A stretch of 64,000 nucleotides of DNA from Squalus acanthias (taxonomy: Eukaryota), in assembly GCA_030390025.1 (NCBI GenBank), contig CM059432.1, positions 111,912,001-111,976,000 on the forward strand, in the 5' to 3' direction. Below the pieces are notes generated by a model. It saw nothing but the letters and a program-made list of their open reading frames with translations. It made no database searches and was not told where the DNA came from. Below are positions 1 to 11,768 of this stretch, in pieces. The number at the start of each line of letters is the position of its first letter. Position 1 is the stretch's first letter. The translations under genes were made by a program, and so were the position numbers.

Positions 1-277
1 TTTAACTTCCTGTTCCTTTGTTGCAAACTCCAACACCTCCAAACTGCATCTTCAGATTGACCCTTTAAATCCTGGAGTTGAGATTGCACCATGCAGGTCC
101 TCATCTCGCCCGCTGCCGGCTGAGTTAAAAAGCCACTGACAGACCCGCTGAACTTACCTCCGGGTTTCTCGCACGATATCGGATCCTCCTACTCTCAACA
201 CGAGTAAATAGCGAGGCCTAAGTTACAGCACTTACGGCCATTAGTTATTTTATTTACACAATTTAATTCAGATACAA

Positions 278-690
278 AGAGAGAGACTGGAGAAGCTGGG
301 GTTGTTCTCTTTAGAGCAGAGAAAGTTAAAGGGAGATTTAATAGAGGTGTTCAAAATCATGAAGGGTTTTGATAGAGTAAATAAGGAGAAACTGTTTCCA
401 CTGGCAGAAGGGTTGGTAACCAGAGGGCCCAGATTTAAGGTGATTGGCAAAAGAACCAGAGACTGTGTAAACATTTTACACAGCGAGTTGTATGATCTGG
501 AATGCACTGTCTGAAAGGGTGGTGGAAGCAAATACAAAGGTAACGTTCAAAAGGGAATTGGATAAATATTAGAAGGGAAAAACTTTGCAAGGCTATGGAG
601 AACGAGCAGGGGAGTGGGACTAGTTGGATAACTCTACCAAAGAGCTGGCACGATGGGCCCAATGGCCTCCTTCTGTGCTGTATGATTCTA
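278..690 (+). mobile_element. CR1/HER1-type LINE 3' fragment
   Basis: Frame FSLEQRKLKGDLIEVFKIMKGFDRV..LFPL is the typical CR1 ORF2 C-terminus; 3' UTR GGGCC.AATGGCCTCCTTCTGTGCTG with ATGATTCT tail. Confidence 0.9.
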
Positions 691-1525
691 GGGCCGCGAT
701 CGTACCTCTGGAGACATGTTGGAGGCGGGACTTCTGGTTTCCAGGTTTCAGTCCCGCCCCCAGCGACGTCTGATGAACCCCCACTATTTTCCCTTGATTG
801 GCCTTGTTAAGCCCGCCCTGCGGGCTTAGCCGGCAGATTAAGGGGAAGCCGGTGACAGATGATGTCAGCGTATGATGCTTCATCTGTCGAAAAAATTTTG
901 ACAGATGAATTGTCAGCGTTTGACAGCTTTGAGAAGCTGTCAAACACTGACAATCTCTGTTCTAAGGTGAGCCCTTGCACACAGGCACAGCAAGACCTCT
1001 CTCCTCAGCAGAAAGCAGATGGCTGCTGCATCTGAGAATGCAGCAGCCATTCTGTCATCTCTGCCATTGAGATGAGGCACCTCCGGATCCCCAAGGGTTG
1101 AAGCCTGCAGAAACAAACAAAGGTAAGGAAACTTTTTCCAACACTTTACACTCACCTCTCATACTTACCTGTCTACACTTGCACCCATCACTCACCTCTA
1201 CAGCGGACATTTTACCCCTCCCACCCACTGCTCAATTGCTGACCCTGGCGAGGTTCACAGCCGTCGGGAAGCCCGCACTTGCAGGGGTAAAATGGGGAAA
1301 AGCCTCAAAACTGCCTGTTAACTACCTGTTAACAGGCAGTTAATTGGCTCTAATCCCCTTCTTGCCTCGAGGAGACGGGTCCCTGCGTGAGTTGGGGACC
1401 CGCCTCCCGGGAAGATGGTTCGGAGGCAGGTTGGGAGTGGGGTTGGGACCCGCTCCCAATTTTTCCCATTTTGCCAGCAGTCCCGCCTCCAAACCCGCCT
1501 CCTCAGGGCTGGTAAAATCCAGCCC
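691..1525. mobile_element. Harbinger-like MITE (~835 bp), copy 1
   Basis: Ends GGGCCGCGAT...AAAATCCAGCCC; colinear with 8358-9186 and inverted 32573-33110; interrupts a CR1 microsatellite tail. Confidence 0.8.
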
Positions 1526-1852
1526 TATGAGTCTATGTCTGTTTTAATTTATCAGTGACAGGAATTACATTGTGCAGTAGATGAACTATCATTATTAACT
1601 GCAAAGTATAGTTCTAATGTTACAGTCTCACCCCAACCGTTCAATAGCTTCTTTTCTGCAGTAGATGACTCCATTCTGTACAGGTTCAAAACCAACTGAC
1701 AAAGTAGAGGCAATTGATCGCCTATTGTATTCATGAGTTCACTGTGAGCTGAACTCAGATTTTGCATGTAAACAGGAGAAAGGAGAATTCTGTTCAGGAT
1801 GAGACCAGCAGTAAGCACACATTAGGATAAAGGGAATCCTTCAAGAAAGTAA

Positions 1853-2212
1853 GGGGGAAAAATTCAGTTGCTTTGCACCTCCCGTTAGCACCCTAAGAGG
1901 GTGCAAAGCAACTAGCGCCCGGGCGTGGCGATGTTTGCGCCGCTCGCGAAATTGACCAGACATTTTGCGGTGGCGCTAAACACTACCGCCACGATCTCCT
2001 GCGCCCGCAGATCATGACGTCAGTTGAGTGTGCAATGCCCCATTAGTGCCCCGGACCGGATATTGAGTGGCGCCTCCTGCCTTTCAGCCTGCCGCTAGCA
2101 ACGACAGGTTGAAGGGAACGTTTTGCAGTTGGGAATGGACTGGGGGAGCGCTATTTAAAGGCGGCCGCTTCCTGCCTTTTTTTGTCGGCGACATTTTTGC
2201 ACCACGCATTCT

Positions 2213-2243
<31 letters not shown>

Positions 2244-2365
2244 CTGGAGAGATTCAACGCTGTGTGAAGGAATTTTGGGTACTGAGCAGCACTTTGCAGG
2301 TTCATATTTGATTTGACCTTCCTTGCATCGATTTAGAAGAGATCATGGGGGCTGCACTCTGAGCT
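1853..2365 (+). mobile_element. Harbinger-like element, one end only (related to 29629-30337)
   Basis: Starts GGGGGAAAAATTC; similar to 29629-29900; ends at ATGGGGGCTGCACTC (transposase-like start MGAAL); (GA)n at 2213-2240. Confidence 0.6.
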
Positions 2366-2369
2366 CTTT

Positions 2370-2697
2370 GGCCTCCATCCCGCCTTCGAGCAATTTTTCC
2401 AAATGCATGGTTTCTGATCCCGTCTCCGTCCCGCCTCCAAGAGGCGGGATAGGCCCTTAAAGGCTTAACAACCACTTAATTGCCTCTATAATCCCATTTT
2501 GAGAGGCCTTTCTGATTTTAACACTTTTCCGACGTGATACACGTCTCCTCTGAAACACGACGGTGAAACCTGGCGGTAGCACACTTGAATTGCTGACTAT
2601 CAGCTGCAGGTCCACCATTAAGAAGGAGATTTGATCAATCATCATTCTGGGGGAACTTTTAGCAGTCATAACCATTGTTGTGGAACTTTGGAGCCTG

Positions 2698-2738
<41 letters not shown>

Positions 2739-3030
2739 AAAAATCTGGGAGCAGACTTAGGTCTCCTGCTGCTCATTTTGCCTCCAGGTCCCTCTCACAG
2801 CAAAGGCCAGGTAGTCTTTGCAGACCTTAAATGCAGCAGCAATGATGACATCATCAGAGGCGACTTTCAGACTGAAAAAATTAATTGGGTCATGGGTTCC
2901 CACATGCTGGAACTCAATTGCCCAATTAGGGGAAAATTGAATAATTCTCCCACATCCAATTGGAGTCGGGTGGCTAACACGAAAAGCGGATGACACGACC
3001 CCAGCCCACCCCAATGACAAAATCGAGCCC
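2370..3030 (-). mobile_element. Internally deleted derivative of Harbinger family A
   Basis: Reverse complement matches both subterminal regions of 3501-7055; TIR AAAATCGAGCCC at 3019-3030; (GTA)n at ~2700-2737. Confidence 0.8.
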
Positions 3031-3780
3031 ACAGAGTCTCACAGCACATTCAGCCCACCATGCCTGTACCAGCACTTTGAAAGAACTATCCAAGTAGTCC
3101 GATACCCCTCCTCTTTCCCCATTACTAATGAATCTGCTTCCACCACCCTTTCAGGCAGTGCATTCCAGATCATAATAACTCACCGTGTATAAAAAGTTTC
3201 CTCATCTCACCTCTGGCTCTTTTGCCAATTTCCTTAAATCTGTGTCCTCTTGTTATCAACCCTTCTGCCAGTGGAAACAGTTTCTCCTTATTTACTCCTT
3301 CAAAATCCTTCATGATTTTAAATGCCTCTATTAAATCTCCCCTTAACCTTCTCGGCTTCAAGAAGAAAATCCCAGCTTCTCTAGACTCTCCATGCAACTG
3401 AAGTCCCTCATCTCTAGTACCATTCGAGTAAATCTCCTTTGCACTCTTTCCAAGGCTTTGACATCCTTCTTAAAGTGTGGTGCCCAGGATTGGAGACAAT
3501 GGGCTCGATTTTGCCAGTGTGGGCGGGCTGGGGCGTGTCAGGTGGCATTCGTCTCAGGACCCCGACTCTGAAGTGAAGTGGGGAAAAAGTGCGATTTCCC
3601 CCAAATTGGGCAATTGATTTCCAGCGTGTGGGAACCCCTGGCCCAATGAGTCTTTTCATCCAGAAAGTCACCTCCGATGACGTCATCAATGCTGCTGGAT
3701 TTAAGGCCTGCAAGCAGCCTTGCTTCTTCTGGAGACTGCAAACTTTATGGTGATTGTAGTAAGGAATTCATTGATCGACT

Positions 3781-5733
3781 ATGTCCACCAGCAGGCAAAA
3801 GTGCTCTCCACGCTTCGATGAGCCCTCCCTCCAAGCTCTGGTGGAGAGAGCAAGATCGAATAAGGAGGTGCTCTTCCCTTCCTCAGGGAGAAAAAAGCCA
3901 CCCCAGCAGACTAAAGCTGTGTGGCTGTAAGTGGCCCAGGAGGTCAATGCCATATCGATGAGCCGCAGAACCTGGCTGCAATGCAGGAAGAGGTTTCATG
4001 ATCTTCTCCGCACAGGAAAAGTGAGTATGACTTTCCCATCACCCTCAATCTGATCCCCATCGCCTCTCCTCACCAGCACTCTGCTTCCTCCACATCTCAC
4101 TTGACACTTACAGCCCTACACCCTTACCCATTCTCTCTCTCTCTATGGTCACATTCACTTAACTATTCGACCATGTAGCCCTCACACTCCCTATCACTGT
4201 GATGCAACAACAACAACAACTTACAACACTCAGGGAGGGCCCTTTGCCTCCTTCTAAGCATCTATGCAATGCATTCTCTGCACTCACTCCTTCATTCTCA
4301 CTCAAACTCCACTTGTGTCCCTCATTGCAGGAAAAGAGAGCCCACAATAAGAGGGCAAGAGCCATGTCAGGAGGAGGGCCACCCTCAGTAGCCCAGCTCA
4401 CCGCCTGGGAGGAGGCAGCCCTGGAAATCGCCGGGATCGAGGAGGATTCCCAAGTGGGGGACGGACAGACGGGCGCATCACAGCAAGCTGGTGACAGAAT
4501 AGTTTGGCATCTCTCTCATTGACATTGCATGAGTCACTGATAATGAATCTGATGTTCTAACAGATTGACTTATGATCCTCTGCACTATTCAATGTACATG
4601 TAACCTTGACCTCACATCTCTGACTCTTTCCTTTACACCCCCACAGGACCATCGAAAGCCCCCGTCCCCACTGTCCAGGAGGAAGAGCCTGAGCTTCCAG
4701 ACTCCTCAGAGGAAGCTGCAACCTCTGAGGGCGCAGCGTCAGCAGAATTCATCGCACCCAGCACCAGCGCAGACACTCACACCTCGGTGGGACCTTCGCG
4801 AGATAGAGTAGTGTTGGCACCTGGTGTATCACAGCTCACAAGTGAGCATCAGCAGATGGTGGAGACAGGGTCAGCAGTGGAGAGTCCTCGTCGGAGGGCG
4901 CAGGACTCTGCCAGCTCGGCTCCGCTGCATGTCGACCCTGTGCCTCCGGGTCCATCCAGAAGGAGAGCGGTGCTGGAACTCCAGGAACAGGTGCAGGAGT
5001 CTCTGGCAGGTTTTGACTCCAGGGTCGCTGCAAGTGTGGAGCGAATGGAGGAGTCCATCGCGAACATGAGCAGAGCCTTTGTGGAGGTATTGGCGCATGA
5101 ACGCATCACCACGGAAAGGATGGCAACCTCCGTGGAAAGGATGGCTAACTCCGTGATAAGGCTGGCTACCGTAGAGGAGAGGATGACTACGGCCATGGAA
5201 GAGCTTAGTCGCCAGGGTCTTGAAAACATGGTCATTGTTCAGAATAGAATGACATCTCTTGAGGAGCGATGGTCAGCTATTGAGCATAGAAACCAGACCT
5301 TCATGGAAGTCCTCTGGAGTAGGACTTCCAGTGCAGAAATGGGTCCTCATGGCCCCCCTGAAGTGTAGCAAGGTGCTGTCAAGCCACTTGCTAGCTCTGA
5401 AGTAGGGCTGACCCATGAGAGGGATGTTGGTGGCAGACAACAAGGAAGTGGGGGCTCCTCTCCAAGCATTCACACGACCATGCCACTGCAAAGCCCTCGG
5501 TCAGAGCCCCACCAGAGTCCTCACCAACTGAGATGGGCGTCTCAGCCCCTGCACAGCTGCAGGAGCAGCAGACTGTTGCCGAGCCCTCACAGGTTCGCAA
5601 CCCCAGAGGACGCCTGCCAAAGGCATCGAGACAGGAGCAGCAAGAAGGTGAGCAAGGGGCCTCCACATCTGCTGAAGCCACAGGGGAAGCACTATGTAGG
5701 AGCACGCGTAAGAGGAAGATAAAGCACAAGTAG
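3781..5733 (+). pseudogene. Harbinger Myb/SANT-like DNA-binding protein gene, 3 exons (3781-4020, 4331-4490, 4647-5733)
   Basis: PRFDEPSLQALVE...KAVW..VAQEVNA....RRTWLQCRKRFHDL motif; GT/AG sites in phase; EKRAHNKR..GGGPP; basic RKRK end; premature stops 3928-3930 and 5366-5368, 1-bp deletion ~5525. Confidence 0.88.
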
Positions 5734-5991
5734 TCACAAGGGTAGTCACTTGGGTGCTGTGATGTATTGTATTTGGACCAGCCATCCTTGTCATAGTATC
5801 ATAAACAGATTTGATGGCAAACTGTTGAAGTTGTGGCCTGTGTCATTTCACAAATGGGACTTTCACATTGAGGGCTTAGGGCGACTTGCAATTGTCAGTA
5901 TGGTGGTCAGAGTGATAGGAATCCGCAGGTTCTTGTCCATTGTCAATGCTCTGGTAAGAAGGTGCGAGACAAAAGTGTTTGATTGTGCAGG

Positions 5992-6222
5992 CTAAGCAAA
6001 TCTGGCCAACATGAGTGCATCCCTTGCATCCCGGGCAGCAATGTGGTCGCGCTCTGGCGCCTTCTGGCCTGTGCAGTTTCAGGTGGGTGAGCAGCAGCTT
6101 GGCGCTCCTGTTGTTGCTCCTGCTGTTGGTGCTGCTGTTGTTCAGGGTTCTGCTGCTGCCGCGGCTGGTCTTCGTCCGAATCTGATGTCCAGGAGGAAAG
6201 GAAATAAATGGTTCTTGTGCTT
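5992..6222 (-). pseudogene. Harbinger transposase remnant (N-terminal Q-rich part joined to C-terminal AARDARDALMLARFA*)
   Basis: Position convergent to the Myb gene; C-terminal motif resembles that of the 49493-49842 remnant; no DDE core. Confidence 0.65.
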
Positions 6223-6232
6223 TTGCTATATA

Positions 6233-6537
6233 CACGGTGGCATAGTGGTTAGCACTGTTGCCTCACAGCGCCAGGGACCCGGGTTCGAATCTGGCCCTGG
6301 GTGACTGTCTGTGTGGAGTTTGCACATTCTCCCCGTGTCTGCGTGGGTTTCCTCCGGGTGCTCCGGTTTCCTCCCACAGTCCAAAGATGTGCGGGTTAGG
6401 TTGATTTGGCTATGATAAATTGACCCTTAGTGTTAGGGGGGATTCAATACGTGGGGTTATGGGGATAGGGTGGGATATGTGTCGGTGCAGGCTCGATGGG
6501 CCGAAATGGCCTCTATCTGCACTGTGGTGATTCTGCG
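6233..6537 (+). mobile_element. HE1-like (V-SINE) tRNA-derived SINE
   Basis: A box TGGCATAGTGG, B box GGTTCGAATC, V-domain TGTGTGGAGTTTGCACATTCTCCCCGTGTCTGCGTGGGTTTCCTCCGGGTGCTCCGGTTTCCTCCCACA, CR1-like tail; absent at the same site in copy 2 (~53830). Confidence 0.9.
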
Positions 6538-8357
6538 ATACCTCAGTTGAGGAAGCGCTCAGTCAAGGTGAGGAGAGGGGTTTCCCAGGAGGTCACACTG
6601 GAGATGGGTCTCAGGCTCCAAACTTCCACAACAATGAGTAGGCCTGCTAAAAGTTCCCCCAGACCTGAGACAACAAAGTTCTGCCACCTGCAAATGATGA
6701 TTGCTGAAAACTCCTTTTTAATGGTGGAGCTGCAGCTGTAAGTAAGCAATCCAATTGTGAGGCCACCAGGATTACCTGGTGTGTTCCAGAGGAGGCGTGT
6801 AAGATGGAGGAAATGTCTAAAAATCAGAAAGGCCTCTCAAAATTGGATTATAGAGGCAATTAAGTGGTTGTTAAAGGCCTTAAGGGCCTATCCCGCCTCC
6901 AAGAGGCGGGATGGAAACGGGGTCTGAAACCCCGATTCTGGGAAAATTGCTCGGAGGCGGGATGGAGGCGGGATCGGGCCCCCACACCATATTTTGTGAT
7001 TTTAACACCTCACCGCCTCCAATCCCGCCTCCTCGGGCCTGGCAAAATCGAGCCTAATACTCCAGCTGAGGCCTAACCAATGTTTATAAAGGTTTGACAT
7101 AACTCACTAGCTAAGGGGTAGAGTTGAACACTAACAGTAATTCCAGCAGATCTCCATACTCACAGATAGCTAGCAATAATACCGGAAGGCTTTCACTTTA
7201 TGACGCTCTTTCCTTGGACTGTCCCATCTGTGTTTTTTTCTTGACTCTGATTAACCAGTTGCCCGAGTGAGGAACTTTTCTTGCCTCATTGATTTGAAAC
7301 CTTTAGATTGGGATTTCACTCCACCCCTTTTTGATAGAGTACTGGGTGCAGTTGTGTTCAGGCAGTCCTGTCACATAATTTCCACGATTACCATAGTTAG
7401 GCTGCGGTGTAATGCTACATCTGGTAATTTTTCTAAAAATGAAAGAAACAGCACTACAATGGGAAGGTATATCAAGATTATGAGCTTAAAGATTATGATA
7501 ATTCTCTCCATTTATAGATTTAGCAGGTCAGGGAAGGCTGCTGTGTATAACATTGCCTTTCTACTGCAATGCAGGGAAAATTGGGGCCAAAATATATACC
7601 CTAAAAGTATTTTAAATGTGGCATGAAAATAATTTGTCAAAGACACCTGTGAAACGTAATTTATGTTCTTTTCATTAAGACTCTCAATGTTGCTGCTCAT
7701 AAGATATCTAGACTGCTTTACTTGTAAAAATATGTATTTTTTAATACTGGATAAACACAGCCTCTGATTATATTTTCACATATGTGGTGATTCCAGGAGT
7801 AGTTTATTGTTACCCATGAGGGACTGCCTGAACTACTTACGAATTCTACTCAAGTGCAACATAAACTTCTGAACAGCAGTTTGCTGAAAAGTAAACCATC
7901 TTCTTGAGATCACCTTCATGCTCAGTTCAGTTTCCAAGTATCGTGGCAGATTCAAGCATTTCTGCACAGCGCACTTTATTAATACAGATTCAGGTCTCAT
8001 GCAATTCAATCCTCGGGACTTAGAGACTGCATGTTCTACAGTATAGTGTCACTCAGTAGTTTATTTTTAGTCAATCACTATTCAGCTCACTGCCGTTTAT
8101 CCAGAATGAAAGAAATCGAATAGAGGATAACTTTTACTTCTTATTCCAGGTGTCTCGTATATATCCAGAAATTTAGGTCTCGTGCTGAATTCACAAGCTT
8201 GCCGCATGCATAAGCAGCAACTCTTACTATCATTTCCTTTTTTTAAAAATCAAATTTATTTTCCATATTAAGCAGCATTTCCCTGTGTCTACAGCGACCC
8301 GTTTAGGCTGTCTCGTTCATTCAGAGTGTAGGCTTAAGCAGCGCAAACAGACATGCA

Positions 8358-9186
8358 GGCTGGATTTTGTCAATGTTGGGGGCGGAACTGCTGGTTTTCA
8401 GTCCCGCCCCCAATGACGTCTGACCAACCCACGCTATTTTCCCTTGATTGGCCTTGTTCACCCGCCCTGCGGGCTTACCGGCCAATTAAGGGAAAGCCGG
8501 TGACAGAGGACGTCAGTGCATGACGTTTCATCTGTTGAAAATGTTTTGACAGGTGAATTGTCAACGTTTGACAGCTTTGAGAAGCTGTCAAACACTGAGA
8601 ATTTCTGTTCTAAGGTGAGCCCTTGCACAGAAGGCTCACCAAAACCTCTCTCCTCAGCAGAAAGCAGATGGCTGCTGCATTTGAGAATGCAGCAGCAATT
8701 CTGTCATCTCTGCTGTTGAGATGAGGCACCTCCAGATTCTCAAAGGTTGAAGCCTGCAGGAAGAAGCAAAGGTAAGGAAACTTTTTCCAACACTTTACAC
8801 TCACCTCTCATACTTACCTGTCCACACTTGCACCCATCACTCACCTCTACAGCAGACTTTTCGATCCCTCTCACCCCCGCAGACCCACTGCTCACCTCGC
8901 TGACCCTGACGAGGTTCGCAGCCGTCGGGAAGCCCGCACTTGCAGGGGTAAAATGGAGATAAGCCTCAAAACTGCTTGTTAACTATCTGTTGACAAGCAG
9001 TTAATTGGCTCTAATTCCATTCCCACCTCAAGGAGACGGGTCCCTGCACGAGTCGGGGACCCGCCTCCCGGGAAGATGGCACGGAGGCGGGTTGGGAGCG
9101 GGGTCGATACCTGCTCCCAGTTTCTGCCATTTTCCCGGCAGTCCCGCCACCATACCCGCCTCCCCAGAGCTGGGAAAATTCCCCCC
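8358..9186. mobile_element. Harbinger-like MITE, copy 2
   Basis: GGCTGGATTTT...AAAATTCCCCCC, flanked by GCA/GCA; colinear with 691-1525. Confidence 0.8.
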
Positions 9187-9339
9187 GCAGAAACTGCCTT
9201 GATTGTAACGTAAATTTATCTGCAGACCTGTTTTAAAATACACCCCACACAGGAAGACTTCAAAGATTATTTTAGCCACAATTATCGTAAAGACAACCAG
9301 GCTTACCAGTCAACGCTCAGGAGTTCTGAATTTATTAGT

Positions 9340-9570
9340 TCTGCATTCAGTTTGTGCTTGATTGCAATAATGAATGTTGTGACAGAGCGAACCATCAGCC
9401 GTGTCACTATTATAAAGAACAAGCTAAGGTCGACCATGTCAGATACATGGCTATCAAATCTTTTGCTTCTATCCTGTGCAAATGATATTTTAGAATCAAT
9501 CACAAAGAATGAGATTGTATCGAGTTTTGCATCGACAAGTCCAATGAGAAAGAAACTGCTGACTGGCTGA
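9340..9570 (+). mobile_element. Degenerate hAT transposase C-terminus (dimerization domain)
   Basis: ERTISRVTIIKNKLRSTMSDTWLSNLLLLS resembles the hAT motif ERSFSxLKxIKxxLRSTMxxxRLxxLxLL. Confidence 0.7.
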
Positions 9571-9989
9571 TTGCCGTGTATCTTCTTTTTAATCTGTTTT
9601 TGCTACTTTTAGTAATATAAAAGCTTAAGTAAATGGTTCTACAATATATGTATTAATTTAATTCTCTAGATACTGGTGGGCTGGGGGGAGGGGGATCAGA
9701 GGAGGGGGGGACTCTTCCAAGACCTGGGAGGGTTTCCCCACTGCCTCAGACTGTTTTGGGCAGTGAACTCACACCCAGTATTAGCTGAGCTGACACTGTT
9801 CAAACACAGTTCATGTAGGATCCTTACATCCACACAGTCATATACTCTTGTCTAATCGAATGTGACTAACCAGTGAATATATGTTGGGAGCACTCATGAT
9901 GTATACGTGCAGAGATAGATCTGAATCACTTGGAGAACCAACCAACTTACTCTTTATTTTTCCTTGGTTCCATCTTCTTTGGAGATCCA

Positions 9990-10350
9990 TCAGGATCCTC
10001 ATCTTTCAATTAGGCACTTTACAGCCTTCTGGACTCAACACTGAGTTCAACAATTTCAGACTTTAACCCCTGCCCCTATTTTTTCACACGGCAGCTGTTG
10101 ATGATTGCCATCCCCATTTGCAACATTTAATCTCTCCTGCCTTCCACCCTATCACAGACCTTCCCTTTTGTTCTTTCCTCCCCTCCCCCTTTCCCTACCC
10201 CTGCACTTGCTTAAAACCTGTTACATTTCTAACTTTTTCCAGTTCTGACAAAAGGTTTCTCTCTCTGCAGATGCTGCCTGACCTGCTGAGTATTTCCAGC
10301 ATTTTCTGTTGTTATTTCAGATTTCCAGCATTCGCAGTATTATGCTATTG
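9990..10350 (+). mobile_element. Penelope-like element 3' fragment
   Basis: LIFQLGTLQPSGLNTEFNNFR (end of the GIY-YIG region) followed by pLTR-type GATGCTGCCTGACCTGCTGAGTATTTCCAGCATTTTCTG also seen at ~55965 and ~62290. Confidence 0.75.
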
Positions 10351-11041
10351 GAATAAATGCTCTGTAGCTATACACTGAGATGTCCTCTAAAAATGATCCT
10401 CACAAACTTTGTCATACACATTTAAAATTTTGACTAAAGCTTGATTAATGACTACAGAGACATGATTGCTTTGCTTAGTCTGATATTTCACATTGATAAA
10501 ACATTCAACAACTATCCAAATACCCTCCTCTTCCCAGTGCACACAACACCAGCAGCAATTTGGTCACAATCTCACTTTCACACTCAGCTCTTGGGGAAAG
10601 ATTAGAAAATACTTGTGTGAACATAAAATGCATCAGCCTAACAAACATCATGCTGATTGGTCACAATAGTTTAAAAAATTGGGATCGACTGTGCACATTA
10701 TCCCACTGCAGTTCTTTAACTGAAGTTTTTCATTACATTTGTACCTCTGCTGCATCTTTTCAGCTTTTATCAGACATCTTCAATACCTGACATGTTCACA
10801 CTGTAAAATTCCTTTAGCATTTTGGGATGGTGTTGTCATCAACACTGGACTAGACAATTGAGCATTCAATAATTTAAATAAAAATGTTAACATTGAACAA
10901 TAACATTAAAAAAAGCATGATAACATCCCACGCCAATAGCCCAGTTTCTGTGAGTGAACCTTAACCTCAACTTCAGAAGCATACCCCCTAGTATGAATTT
11001 AGTAATGAATCAATAACATTTCAAGTCTATATGCATTTAAT

Positions 11042-11643
11042 GGGCTGGATTTTTCTCTTTGGGATGGAGTAGCGGCAGAGCGGGAATTCCACCAAACCCT
11101 CCAAATCCACCCCAACACATTTCCCTGGGTCAGGGGTCAGGATGGGCTTCTGGTAGGATTCCCGTCATCAAGAGGGAGCCGGCCGCTGTAAAGCCAGGAA
11201 ATCCCTGGGATATTGCAGTGAGAACACCGCTGCAGCTCCAGAAGAGGTGCAACAGCAGTTAAAAGGGTAAAAGAGCCCCGACAAAAAATAAGGCCTACAA
11301 AGATAAGTCTTCAGGCTGAAATGGTGTGAGAGGAGGCCCTATCCCTCCATCAGGAAAGTTCAGGGCATTTACTGCTGTTACCTCATCTTCCACCAGCAGG
11401 TCCTGGGAGCAGCAGTAATTGGGGCGGCCAGTCGGGAAATTTGCCGAAAACCTGGGCCCACTGGCATTTGCAGGTGGTGGGCAGGGAAAGGGCTGCCAGT
11501 GGCAGTCCAGGCCAGGAGAAGGGGTGGGGAGCGAAATCCAGATCAGGCTGGAGAGGTGGCAATAAACCTCAGTGACCCATTTTCCAACCATTCCATTGTG
11601 ATCCTGTTCAATTTCTGGTGGGATTGTGGTGAAAATCCAGCCC
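11042..11643. mobile_element. Harbinger-like MITE (602 bp)
   Basis: TIR GGGCTGGATTTT / AAAATCCAGCCC, AAT TSD. Confidence 0.85.
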
Positions 11644-11768
11644 AATGTGTTAACACCGTGATCCATGCCGCTATTGTATTTGAGGATGCAGTGTCCAGCG
11701 CCCCACTACTACTGGAAATACACAAGCTTCTATTAGTGATGCAACAGATATCAAAAATGTTTTACGTA

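Larger units (their letters stand above)
3501..7055 (+). mobile_element. PIF/Harbinger element family A, copy 1 (Myb/SANT gene retained, transposase core deleted)
   Basis: 17-bp TIR GGGCTCGATTTTGCCAG / CTGGCAAAATCGAGCCT; AAT TSD on both sides; Myb/SANT gene on +, convergent transposase remnant on -. Confidence 0.92.
3040..7105 (-). mobile_element. CR1 LINE 3' fragment split by the Harbinger insertion (3040-3500 + 7056-7105)
   Basis: RRLRGDLIEAFKIMK frame; CR1 sequence GGAGACAAT|ACTCCAGCTGAGGCCTAACC rejoins across the insertion. Confidence 0.85.

Noticed and set aside
2631..2993. Poly-Val membrane-like ORF
   Set aside because: Translation of a (GTA)n microsatellite in a deleted transposon.
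3781..5733. Domesticated host MSANTD/NAIF1-like gene
   Set aside because: Lies within TIRs and TSD, is multi-copy, and carries stops and frameshifts.
5876..6235. Cys-rich ORF (HCCPGCKGCTH) as a metal-binding protein
   Set aside because: Off-frame reading of the transposase remnant; its start lies at the SINE junction and the frame is broken in copy 2.
6233..6305. Functional tRNA genes (also 26511, 42020, 54634, 56198)
   Set aside because: A/B boxes continue into SINE bodies; no complete cloverleaf.
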